A DNA stretch of 50,789 nucleotides from a virus. Its lineage: Duplodnaviria > Caudoviricetes. The notes under the pieces were generated by a model that ran no database searches, had not been told where the DNA came from, and was given only the letters and a program-made list of their open reading frames with translations. The stretch is from the IMG/VR virus record IMGVR_UViG_3300037457_000049, positions 1-50,789 of that record, one strand, 5' to 3'. The translations under genes and the position numbers were made by a program. Shown here piece by piece: positions 34,280-41,739 of the stretch (positions are counted from its first letter, which is position 1; every line of letters starts with the position of its first letter).

Positions 34280-34747
34280 TTACTCGCCGGCCGCGTCGCG
34301 GCACTGGGCCGCCTGGTCGCGGTACCCGGACGAACTGACCCGCGCGGTCAGCCCCTCCACCTCCACCGTGATCTCCTCCAGCCGTACGGTCAGTCCATCG
34401 ATGGCCGCGGTGTCGTACGTCGCGCCGGCCTGGGCCGCCTCGTAGACCATCATCGGCAGGTCCTCGACGATGCCGGCGAACTCGCTGGTGATCGCCATCA
34501 GCTCCTCAGCGTCGTCCAGCGCGTCCAGGCACGCGGCGGCGACGGTAACGACCGCTGCGGGCGGCGGGCTGGTGGCCGCGGGGGCGGTGGCGTCGCCGCT
34601 GCCGCCGATGCCGATCCCGATGAGCAGGCTGGCCAGGCCGGTGAAGCCGACCACTAGCCACGCGGGGGGCCTGCGCCGTACCGGCTGGACCGGCTGGATG
34701 GGTGCGGTGGGCATGGTGGGTGCTGTGGGTGTGAGTGGGTAGGTCAT
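34280..34747 (-). CDS. Membrane-anchored extracytoplasmic helical protein
   Basis: RRR + TM helix, Pro/Ala linker, helical domain with two Cys. Confidence 0.7.
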   Translation of the reverse strand: MTYPLTPTAPTMPTAPIQPVQPVRRRPPAWLVVGFTGLASLLIGIGIGGSGDATAPAATSPPPAAVVTVAAACLDALDDAEELMAITSEFAGIVEDLPMMVYEAAQAGATYDTAAIDGLTVRLEEITVEVEGLTARVSSSGYRDQAAQCRDAAGE

Positions 34748-34829
34748 GGGATCCTGCTCTCTGGTCGGGTGGTGGGTCTGCTCCACCACTCGGCCCCCGC
34801 CCGCCGGAGCGGGTGAGGACCGGGCAGCG

Positions 34830-35453
34830 TCAGGACTCCGGCGTGATCTGCTGTACGTGGGCCACCGCAACCCGGAACGGCCCACCAAGCGGGTCGGGTC
34901 CGGTGATCATGTACACGGTTGGGTGGCTAGGGCCACGGAGCACAACCTGCCGCGCCTCCTGCCATTCGGCCTGCGGGCCGGCGATCTGCCGGGCAAGCGT
35001 GTCCAGGTCCGGCGCCTCATACTCGACACCACTGTCCACGTCGCGGTAGGTGCTCATGATCTCCGGCCCGCCGGCCACGAACACGGTGCCCAGCTCGTCA
35101 TCGGCGTAGGCGCCGGTCTCGCCGGCCGCCAGCGACTGGGCGTGCTCGGCGGCGGTGGCCGGGCGGATCGCCTCGCCGGTGGTGTAGTCGGTCAGCGTGC
35201 CGTGGTCCTGCCGGGCGGGGTGGTCGGTGAAGTCGAGGCCGCGGTTGCGCTCCAGGCCGACGAGCTCGCCGGCGCCGTGGTGCTCGAAGTCGGCGACGTC
35301 CTGCGCGTCGTTCGGGTTGTACTTCCAGCCGCCCATGCTGATCGGGGTGCTGGCGGACTCGGGGCTCTGGGTCATGGTGGTCTCCTCAGTGTCGTCGGGG
35401 ATGGTGACGTGGCGCTGTAGCGTCTCGGACCAGTACGTACGCATCAAGATCAT
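34830..35453 (-). CDS. Hypothetical protein (alternative start 35375)
   Basis: RBS before 35453 and a second GAGGAG before ATG 35375. Confidence 0.65.
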   Translation of the reverse strand: MILMRTYWSETLQRHVTIPDDTEETTMTQSPESASTPISMGGWKYNPNDAQDVADFEHHGAGELVGLERNRGLDFTDHPARQDHGTLTDYTTGEAIRPATAAEHAQSLAAGETGAYADDELGTVFVAGGPEIMSTYRDVDSGVEYEAPDLDTLARQIAGPQAEWQEARQVVLRGPSHPTVYMITGPDPLGGPFRVAVAHVQQITPES

Positions 35454-35722
35454 CCTTCCTGGTGGTCAGTGGACACGGACAAGATCCAGTGGTCCAGCAG
35501 GTCACCCAGCAGCGCCCCGTGGACCTCCCGCGGGCCGAGCTGCTCACCCCACCCGTCGCCGCGCTCGGCGATCAGCAGGTAGCCGCTGTCTGGGTGCCTG
35601 GAGTACCGGCGCCAGCCCAGCTCGGGCCTGCCGGGGTGGACCATCAGGACCACCAGCCCGGCGTCGAGCCGGTCACGAAGATCCTTGGCGGTCTGGGTGG
35701 TGGTGGCGTTCATCAAGATCAT
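35450..35722 (-). CDS. Hypothetical protein
   Basis: RBS GAAAGGG; ATGA coupling to the next gene. Confidence 0.65.
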   Translation of the reverse strand: MILMNATTTQTAKDLRDRLDAGLVVLMVHPGRPELGWRRYSRHPDSGYLLIAERGDGWGEQLGPREVHGALLGDLLDHWILSVSTDHQEG

Positions 35723-35780
35723 CCCTTTCGGTGGTGGTAGTGGGTGGTGGGTGGTGGGTGTCAGTGTGGCCGACGGCCGG

Positions 35781-36008
35781 TCAGCGGAGCTGGTCCTCGG
35801 TCACGTGGTAGCCGCTCCAGCTGCCACCGACGCTCATGATCCAGCGGGTCTTACGGCCCGGTGTCGCGTCCTCCTCCCAGGTCACAGCCTCGTCGGGGTA
35901 CGGCTCGTCGCGGTACTCGGCCCGCTTCCGGGCGGCGGCCTGCGCAGCCTCACGCTCCCGGAACGCCCCGAGATAGCCGCTGTTGCAGAACAGCGTGTAG
36001 ATCTTCAT
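35781..36008 (-). CDS. Hypothetical protein, first gene of the leftward operon
   Basis: ATG 36008 with GAGGGG upstream. Confidence 0.65.
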   Translation of the reverse strand: MKIYTLFCNSGYLGAFREREAAQAAARKRAEYRDEPYPDEAVTWEEDATPGRKTRWIMSVGGSWSGYHVTEDQLR

Positions 36009-36028
36009 AGCGTTCCCATCCCCTCTCG

Positions 36029-36425
36029 GTCCTGCCTCCACCGGCACAGCCAGCGACGCTGCTTTTTCATCCGCGTGTTCCGCAAGCGGGGCGGGTATAG
36101 CGGCTACGACTAGCGGCCACGCCCAGACCGTGACCTTGCCGTGCCGCGCGGCTTCCCCCGGTTACCCGGGTTCGCTGGGCGCTGGCTGTGCTGGAGGCTG
36201 CAGGTCCCTGCGTCCTGCATCCTCCTAGCTGGCGCGGGTGTAGGGCTCATTGATGGGGGCGACTTCGGCCTATCCCCGGTTCCCGCTGAGCCAGTCCGGG
36301 GAGCACATCGCCGCGTGACGGGTCAGCCGCGCCAGCTAGGAGGCTGCAGGTCCTCCTTCGTCCCTGGGCGGTTCTAATCGCGGTGGCCGCTGTTCTCATT
36401 TGGCCGGGGACCTCTTTGCTCTTGT
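36029..36425 (-). ncRNA. Candidate large structured RNA / leader with tandem domains
   Basis: 24-bp inverted repeat 36214-36237/36327-36350; second long stem 36031-36055/36180-36204; 15-bp direct repeat 36193-36207/36339-36353; GUAA and G(CUUG)C tetraloops on the minus strand. Confidence 0.6.
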
Positions 36426-36542
36426 ATCTACAGCTTAGCTGACTATGTAGCTACTCACAAGCCTGAGAGGTCATACTTTCGGCCAGTCATGTAGCTACGT
36501 ACGGCCGACGTTGCACGGACGGTACGTAGCTACGCTGGGAAG
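36423..36542. promoter_or_regulatory. Divergent promoters with four GTAGCTAC-type operators
   Basis: GTAGCTAC at 36447, 36491, 36526 and GTATCTAC at 36424; leftward TTGTGA-N17-TAAGCT (36460-36432); rightward -10 TACGCT 36531-36536. Confidence 0.75.
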
Positions 36543-36758
36543 ATGGCCACTCCCCCCGACCCGCCCTACCCGGGTACCCGCCTACACGCCATGCGCATTC
36601 CGAATGAGCTGTGGTACCCGGCGCTGGAGATTGCCCGCGCCCGGGCGGCTGCCGGAGTGGAGGGGGAGACCCTCACTGCGGTGGTGGTGCGGGCGCTGCG
36701 GGCGTACATCCGGCGGCACGGTGACCTGACCCGCGTGGTCGAGCGGGAGGAGACGTAG
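36543..36758 (+). CDS. Ribbon-helix-helix transcriptional regulator
   Basis: TRLHAMRIPNELW...LTAVVVRALRAYI; leaderless start. Confidence 0.75.
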   Translation: MATPPDPPYPGTRLHAMRIPNELWYPALEIARARAAAGVEGETLTAVVVRALRAYIRRHGDLTRVVEREET

Positions 36759-37105
36759 TGTCGCGAAGGGCGGTGACCCAAGAAACGCACGGTACGTGCA
36801 AGCACAGGTACTACCGCATGGACTGCGCCGAGTTCGACGAACTCATCGCGCGCGCCGGCGACCGCTGCGAGATCTGCCGGGCACGCGGGCCGGAGACCGC
36901 CCATCGGCGCCTGTTCATAGATCACGACGAACGGCTGGGTCGATGGGCGGTGCGCGGTCTGCTGTGCGGCACCTGTAACAGCAACATCGGGAGGGGCTGG
37001 CAGGCGCCGGCGCTGTCCTCTTACTTGGCGAATCCATGGCGCGGTGCCGCGGACCAGCATCGGGCAATCCTGGACTTCAGGAAGATCCGCTACCAACGAT
37101 CTTGA
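36758..37105 (+). CDS. Endonuclease VII-domain protein
   Basis: CEIC...IDHD...VRGLLCGTCN. Confidence 0.9.
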   Translation: MSRRAVTQETHGTCKHRYYRMDCAEFDELIARAGDRCEICRARGPETAHRRLFIDHDERLGRWAVRGLLCGTCNSNIGRGWQAPALSSYLANPWRGAADQHRAILDFRKIRYQRS

Positions 37106-37117
37106 TCGGAGTGAGCC

Positions 37118-37753
37118 ATGACGCTGGTGGAGTTTGTGCTCGCCCGGCTAGCCGAGGATGAGTTCGATGCGCTGGCCGCTTGCCAGGGCGACGGCTACCG
37201 AGATTGGGACGTGCCGTCAACCGGCGTGGTCCAGGTAGCGGGTGGGGACCTGGACGGCTTGGCGCTGGCACCGCGTAACGCGGCCCTGCACATGGCCCGC
37301 CACGACCCGGCGCGGGTGCTGCGCCGGGTGGCTGCCGATCGGCGGATCGTGGCGCTGCATCACCTGCTTGAGTACCGCGGCCCCGGCGACCCGCCCGGGT
37401 GCGCCGTCTGCTCTTGGCGTGATGACCAGGATGAGCTGCACAGCCGGAGTGGCGGCCCTAAAGGGCGAGGGCGGCTCTGCAAAGGCGGGCGGCTGCGTCG
37501 CCCTTCCCGGTCAGCCGGTAGTAGCGGCGGCGCGGCCGGCGGACGGACTGCGGCGCCACGTCCTCCGCGGCGGAGTCGACCCAGCCGGCGCGCTCCAGCC
37601 GGGCCAGGATCGGGTACAGCGTCCCGGATTGCAGACCGGTCTCCCGCATCAGCTCCAGGCCGTACCGGGGCTGCGTGTCCAGGAACGCGACCAGGACCTT
37701 CGCCGTGGCTACAGTCACTTGCACGAACTCACTGTACCAGGGTCTCTACATAG
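37118..37753 (+). pseudogene. DUF6221-like gene, apparently 3'-truncated near 37445
   Basis: LVEFVLARLAEDE, HMARHDPARVLR; then runs antisense through the PadR gene with low-complexity sequence. Confidence 0.6.
37458..37724 (-). CDS. PadR-family transcriptional regulator
   Basis: YGLEL, SGTLYPILARLERAGWV, RRRYYRLT; leaderless, TGgTACAGT 6 nt upstream. Confidence 0.9.
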   Translation of the reverse strand: MQVTVATAKVLVAFLDTQPRYGLELMRETGLQSGTLYPILARLERAGWVDSAAEDVAPQSVRRPRRRYYRLTGKGDAAARLCRAALAL

Positions 37754-37857
37754 GGGCGGCCAGTCCGGAACCCGACAGCCGGCCGAGCCGTCCGGATGAC
37801 CCCCACGCGCGCCCCTCCTGCGATCACTGTGGTGGCGGGAGAGGGGGAGGCGTCGCC

Positions 37858-38112
37858 ATGCGGGCAGCGCTCTACGTGCCGCAGCACCGGGAGCTGGACC
37901 GGATCATCCGGCACTTGACCGAGGTGGCGCAGGGCCGCGGTTGGACGGTGGAGCATGTGGTGTGGCGGTGGCCGGATCTGGTGCGGGTGTGCGCGGACGG
38001 CGCGGCCGATGTTGGTCTGGTGACGTCCCGGTCGGTGTTGCCGGCGGGGCGGTTGCCGCGGCTGGTGGCCGCGGACGAGCTGGTCCGCTGGCGGCCGAGG
38101 TGGGCGGCGTAG
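37858..38112 (+). CDS. Small protein resembling a degenerate serine-resolvase catalytic domain
   Basis: MRAALYV, AQGRGWTV, ADGAADVGLV; the catalytic R-x-S is absent; RBS GGAGG. Confidence 0.5.
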   Translation: MRAALYVPQHRELDRIIRHLTEVAQGRGWTVEHVVWRWPDLVRVCADGAADVGLVTSRSVLPAGRLPRLVAADELVRWRPRWAA

Positions 38113-38116
38113 ACGG

Positions 38117-38147
38117 AAAACCGGCGAGCGCCGGGGGGCGTCTCGCC
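38117..38147 (-). terminator. Leftward intrinsic terminator (integrase transcript)
   Basis: Hairpin 38123-38147 followed by a U-tract on the minus strand. Confidence 0.5.
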
Positions 38148-38175
38148 AGGTCCATACCTCTCGGACATTTCGGAT

Positions 38176-38216
38176 AGCGCTCTCCCCTCAATTGCGGGGA
38201 GAGCGCTGGTGTTTTT
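38176..38216 (+). terminator. Rightward intrinsic terminator
   Basis: 12-bp stem AGCGCTCTCCCC/GGGGAGAGCGCT followed by GGTGTTTTT. Confidence 0.7.
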
Positions 38217-38247
38217 ATCCCTTTTTGTCCGACCTTGCTACAGCCGC

Positions 38248-39039
38248 TTATTGCCCCGGCGGTGGCAGCGCCAGCACCGCCGCGCGCATCGCCGCGTCGG
38301 ACACCGACGTGTACACCGCCGTCGTCGCCGGAGACGCATGGCCCAGCAGCTCCTGCGTCACCCTCAGATCCCGCACCGCCGCCTGGACGTGCGTGCCGTA
38401 CCAGTGCCTCAGCCGGTGCAACCCGCCGGCCACCCCCAGCCGGCGGAACTCGCCGGCGCCCGCGTGGGACACCTGCCACGGCGTCCGCCCGGCGGCGACC
38501 AGCCCGGCCGGCAGCTTGGTCACCGCCGCCCACACCGCCGGGTGGGTGGGCACGCTGCGCTGCCGGTCGCCCTTGCCGTGCAGCCGGGTGCTCTGCTCCG
38601 TGACGTCGGACCGGTCCAGCCGGGCGATCTCGCAACACCGCGCGCCGGAGTAGGCGGCGATGACCGCCCACGTCCTGACCGGCTCGGCCGCCCGGTCCAG
38701 GATCAGCGCGAGCTCGTGATGCTCGACCGGCCGGGGCAGCCGGCGCGGCCGCTTTATCCTCGGCAGGTCGGCGGCAGGGTTGTCGCCGCGGAGCCGCCGC
38801 GTTGAGCACACCCACCGGTAGAAGCTGGTCAGCGCGGCGCGGTAGGCGGCGCGGGTGGCCAGGGAGCGGTGGGTGCCGAGCCAGGCGACCAGCTCCTCCG
38901 GCAGCGCCTGGCCGAGGCCGCGGGGCAGCTCCCGGCTGGCGCGGGTGAGCACGCACCGGTACGTGTCGCGGGTGGTCTGCGGGTGGCCGACGGCTGCCAG
39001 GTGGTCCAGCCAGGCGCTGATGTGGGGGGTGTCGTCCAT
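38248..39039 (-). CDS. Tyrosine recombinase/integrase lacking an arm-binding domain (start could be 39111 or 39123)
   Basis: SGARCCE, GKG, HRLRH, LLGH, AVY: full R-K-H-R-H-Y set. Confidence 0.92.
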   Translation of the reverse strand: MDDTPHISAWLDHLAAVGHPQTTRDTYRCVLTRASRELPRGLGQALPEELVAWLGTHRSLATRAAYRAALTSFYRWVCSTRRLRGDNPAADLPRIKRPRRLPRPVEHHELALILDRAAEPVRTWAVIAAYSGARCCEIARLDRSDVTEQSTRLHGKGDRQRSVPTHPAVWAAVTKLPAGLVAAGRTPWQVSHAGAGEFRRLGVAGGLHRLRHWYGTHVQAAVRDLRVTQELLGHASPATTAVYTSVSDAAMRAAVLALPPPGQ

Positions 39040-39107
39040 GCCTGGACGCTCGGCCGGGCCGGGTGTGCCGGGTCGGACCGGGGGTGTGGTGGCCACCCGG
39101 GCGGGTG

Positions 39108-39563
39108 TCATCCGTGCTGCCATGCGGGTCTGCGCGTCCGGCCGGTTGCGGTGGTGGCGGTGGGCCGGCGGGTTGTCCGGGTGGTGGATGCTGGCGTGGT
39201 CCGTACGGCTGAGCCGGCGGGGTGGGTGTTGGCGCGGGGGCTCATACTTTCGGTCAGCGTCCCGGAACGATGATTAAGGTCGCGCGGGTGTCGGCGCTCG
39301 GTTGCCAGCTGGCCACCGCGTAGCAGCCATAGCAGGTCGACCCCCAGCCCCTCGCTGATCTTCTCCGCCGCGTCGATCAGGTCGCGCGGCTTCATCCCGC
39401 GTTCCCAGTTCGACCACGAGCCGTAGTTGAGGCCGCATCTCGCCGCCGCTTCGCGGATGGTCAGGTCACCAGCGTGCAGCCGGGCGAGTATGAGCCTGGC
39501 TCGGAAGGTGTCGCTGGGGATGGTCCGTCCGGTTTCGTGTGGCGTTACTTCTGTCGATTCCAC
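39108..39563 (-). CDS. Immunity repressor (XRE HTH)
   Basis: LTIREAAARCGLNYGSWSNWERG...LGVDLLWLL; leaderless GTG after TTGTCA-N18-CAAACT. Confidence 0.85.
   Translation of the reverse strand: MESTEVTPHETGRTIPSDTFRARLILARLHAGDLTIREAAARCGLNYGSWSNWERGMKPRDLIDAAEKISEGLGVDLLWLLRGGQLATERRHPRDLNHRSGTLTESMSPRANTHPAGSAVRTTPASTTRTTRRPTATTATGRTRRPAWQHG
39242..39273. other. Candidate attP core inside the repressor gene
   Basis: TCATACTTTCGG-N8-CCGGAACGATGA, arms 9/12 complementary, just after the HTH domain. Confidence 0.45.
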
Positions 39564-39689
39564 GTCAGGAGTTTGACATGGCGTAGGTACCCATGACAAG
39601 CCCTACTGGCTTCACGGCGTCAAACCTTTGCCCGTTCGGGTGATGGTGGCCCGTGGACAAACTAGCTTCACCATGTCAAGCTTCTGGCT
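39564..39689. promoter_or_regulatory. Lysis/lysogeny switch: divergent promoters and three operators
   Basis: TTGACATGGCGTA 39573, TTCACGGCGTCAA 39611, TTCACCATGTCAA 39667; rightward TGGACA-N17-CAAGCT, leftward TTGTCA-N18-CAAACT. Confidence 0.7.
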
Positions 39690-39914
39690 ATGCGAGAAGG
39701 AACTACCCGGCTTTACCGACAGCTTGAGCGCCACCTAGACGGCAGCCTCGCCTCCTACGTGGCCGAGCGTCGGGCCAAGGATGTGGGCTGGCGCGCGATC
39801 GCCGCTGAGCTGGTCGAAGCGACCCAGGTTGAGGTCTCACACGAGGCGATCCGTAGCTGGTTCGAGAACGCCCCGGCCAGTCCGGCGACCGAGCCGGCGG
39901 GGGGCCAGCGATGA
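39690..39914 (+). CDS. Cro-like HTH protein
   Basis: GWRAIAAEL...VSHEAIRSW; divergent from the repressor. Confidence 0.75.
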   Translation: MREGTTRLYRQLERHLDGSLASYVAERRAKDVGWRAIAAELVEATQVEVSHEAIRSWFENAPASPATEPAGGQR

Positions 39915-40201
39915 CCCCCCATCAGGAACTGATTGCCTACGCCGGCTTCGCCGGACGGGTCCAGGACGCGGCCGAACGCGCCGGCTCGCTGGTCGAGCTA
40001 CAGAACGCGATCAAGGCAGCGCTGACCCAGCTGCGCGCCGACACCTACCCGCGGCGGATCGGCACCCTAGACGGCGCCGACGTATGGGAAGACGGACCAG
40101 GCGCCTACTGGATCGACCGCCCGGGCAACCCCGGCTATCTGCACAGCTCCCAGCGGCCCCGGCTGGACGGGGAGCGTCAGGCCGGAGGCGACCGTGTCTG
40201 A
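39911..40201 (+). CDS. Hypothetical protein
   Basis: ATGA coupling. Confidence 0.65.
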   Translation: MTPHQELIAYAGFAGRVQDAAERAGSLVELQNAIKAALTQLRADTYPRRIGTLDGADVWEDGPGAYWIDRPGNPGYLHSSQRPRLDGERQAGGDRV

Positions 40202-40400
40202 GCTGATGCTCCACATGACCGGCACCCAGTGGCGGCTAGCGAAGCGCCGTGCGCTGGGTGAGGTCGGCATGACCTACGAGGAGCTGGCCGACTGCGCACG
40301 GCGCCGGGACTATCCGTCGAGCCGTGCGCGGGTGCTGTGGGTCGTCATCGGCCGCACCCCGAGCGAGGCGGAGCCGCGGCCGGCGGGGGGCCAGCGATGA
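40194..40400 (+). CDS. Hypothetical protein
   Basis: RBS GGAGG; overlaps neighbours. Confidence 0.65.
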   Translation: MSELMLHMTGTQWRLAKRRALGEVGMTYEELADCARRRDYPSSRARVLWVVIGRTPSEAEPRPAGGQR

Positions 40401-40507
40401 GCCGCTGGCTGTCCGCCGCCCTGATCGCCGTGGCGCTGTGGCTCATCGCCATCGCCGCGTTCCTGGCCGCCGCGACGCTGATCGACATCGTGGGTGGTGG
40501 GTCATGA
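40397..40507 (+). CDS. 36-aa single-TM microprotein
   Basis: MSRWLSAALIAVALWLIAIAAFLAAATLIDIVGGGS; ATGA coupling at both ends. Confidence 0.65.
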   Translation: MSRWLSAALIAVALWLIAIAAFLAAATLIDIVGGGS

Positions 40508-40611
40508 CCGCCGCGCTGATCGGCTGGTCGCTGGCCGGCTGGACGCTGCTCGCCGCCGGGCTGCTCCTGGCCACGGCAGTAGTCATCGACACCATCGGCG
40601 GTGAGTCATGA
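40504..40611 (+). CDS. 35-aa single-TM microprotein
   Basis: MTAALIGWSLAGWTLLAAGLLLATAVVIDTIGGES; ATGA coupling. Confidence 0.6.
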   Translation: MTAALIGWSLAGWTLLAAGLLLATAVVIDTIGGES

Positions 40612-40687
40612 CCACCCCGGACCCGTACGACGGCTGGCCGCGCCCCACACACCACCCGGGCGGACCCGACGGACCGAGGTGGTCGCG

Positions 40688-41410
40688 GTGAGCATCAGGA
40701 GCACCCTGCGTCGAACCCCGGTCCGACCGGTCAACGCCGTCCACCAGGTAGTCCCCGACAGCTTCGCGGTCACGCTCCGGCTGCTGCGGCACAACCGGGA
40801 CCCGCGGCTGCCGATGGCCCTGTGCCTAGCAGCACAGGAGGGCTGGACCTACGTGGCCCTCGCCCAGCCGCTCGGGGTTAGCCGCGAACGGGTCCGGCAA
40901 CTCGCCAACGGCGCAACCGGGCACGCCCACGGTGTCGACATCCCGCCGCCGCCGCACAGGCCCGACCCCCAGCCGCCGGGCACACCTCCGCCGACGTCTC
41001 CACCCACGCTGAGCAGACAGGAAGTGAACCGGTTCCGGCGAATGCACCAGGCCGTCAGTGCGGTCAACGGGGCGACCCCGGCCGACGATCCGCTGCGGCA
41101 CCTGTCGACGCGGCTCGCCGCGGAACTAGCCGCGGCGCGCAGCCGTGGGGTGTCTGTCTACATGATCGCCAAGCAGCTCGGCGTTACGCACGGGGCGATC
41201 CGGTTCCGCCTCGGCCGGCACGGCTATCTGCCGCTGCCGCCGTCGATGCGGGGCCAGCGGTACAGGGGCGTTACGAACAAGCGCGCCAACTGTAAGCGCG
41301 GCCACCCGTTGTCCGGCGCCAACCTGGGCGTGACCTGCAGCGGACGCCGGTGGTGCCGAGCGTGCAGCCGAATCCGCAAAGCCCGCGAGCGTCTGGCAGG
41401 TGCGCGATGA
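40688..41410 (+). CDS. Double-HTH protein with C-terminal Zn finger
   Basis: ALAQPLGVSRERVRQL; IAKQLGVTHGAI; CKRGH...CRAC; RBS GAGGTGG. Confidence 0.7.
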   Translation: MSIRSTLRRTPVRPVNAVHQVVPDSFAVTLRLLRHNRDPRLPMALCLAAQEGWTYVALAQPLGVSRERVRQLANGATGHAHGVDIPPPPHRPDPQPPGTPPPTSPPTLSRQEVNRFRRMHQAVSAVNGATPADDPLRHLSTRLAAELAAARSRGVSVYMIAKQLGVTHGAIRFRLGRHGYLPLPPSMRGQRYRGVTNKRANCKRGHPLSGANLGVTCSGRRWCRACSRIRKARERLAGAR

Positions 41411-41739
41411 GGCGCGACCGGTCCCGCAAGGACCACCCCGACTACCGCCGTGGCTACCGCGACGGGCGGCTCTACGCCACCGGCCACAACCACGGCCGCG
41501 CCGCCGCCGGCGGTAAGCCACCCCGGGGCTGCCTACGGCGGCTGCTGCTGCTGCCGCTGCTCATCCCGCTGGCACTCGCCCGGCACCGCCACGAGTCCGG
41601 GCCGCTGGGCCGCCGCCGCGACGACCCCCGCCACGCCGAAGGCGACTGGCACACCGAGCGGGGCGACCTGCCACCTGACCACCAGAACGGCGGACCCCGC
41701 AAACCGCTGCGGACGAATCTTGAGGAGCCGTCCCGATGA
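41407..41739 (+). CDS. Hypothetical protein
   Basis: ATGA coupling at both ends. Confidence 0.55.
   Translation: MRRDRSRKDHPDYRRGYRDGRLYATGHNHGRAAAGGKPPRGCLRRLLLLPLLIPLALARHRHESGPLGRRRDDPRHAEGDWHTERGDLPPDHQNGGPRKPLRTNLEEPSR

Noticed and set aside
36214-36350. Retron msr/msd or HDV-like ribozyme
   Set aside because: No reverse transcriptase in the genome; the pseudoknot lacks the P3/L3 element of HDV-like ribozymes.
36110-36377. Small ORFs in the structured leader (36141-36377 on +, 46 aa from 36250 on -)
   Set aside because: No RBS or motifs; the sequence is better explained by RNA pairing.
38113-38247. attP downstream of the integrase
   Set aside because: Largely explained by two terminators; only a short TCGGACA/TGTCCGA inverted pair remains. 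Kept as a fallback, not called.
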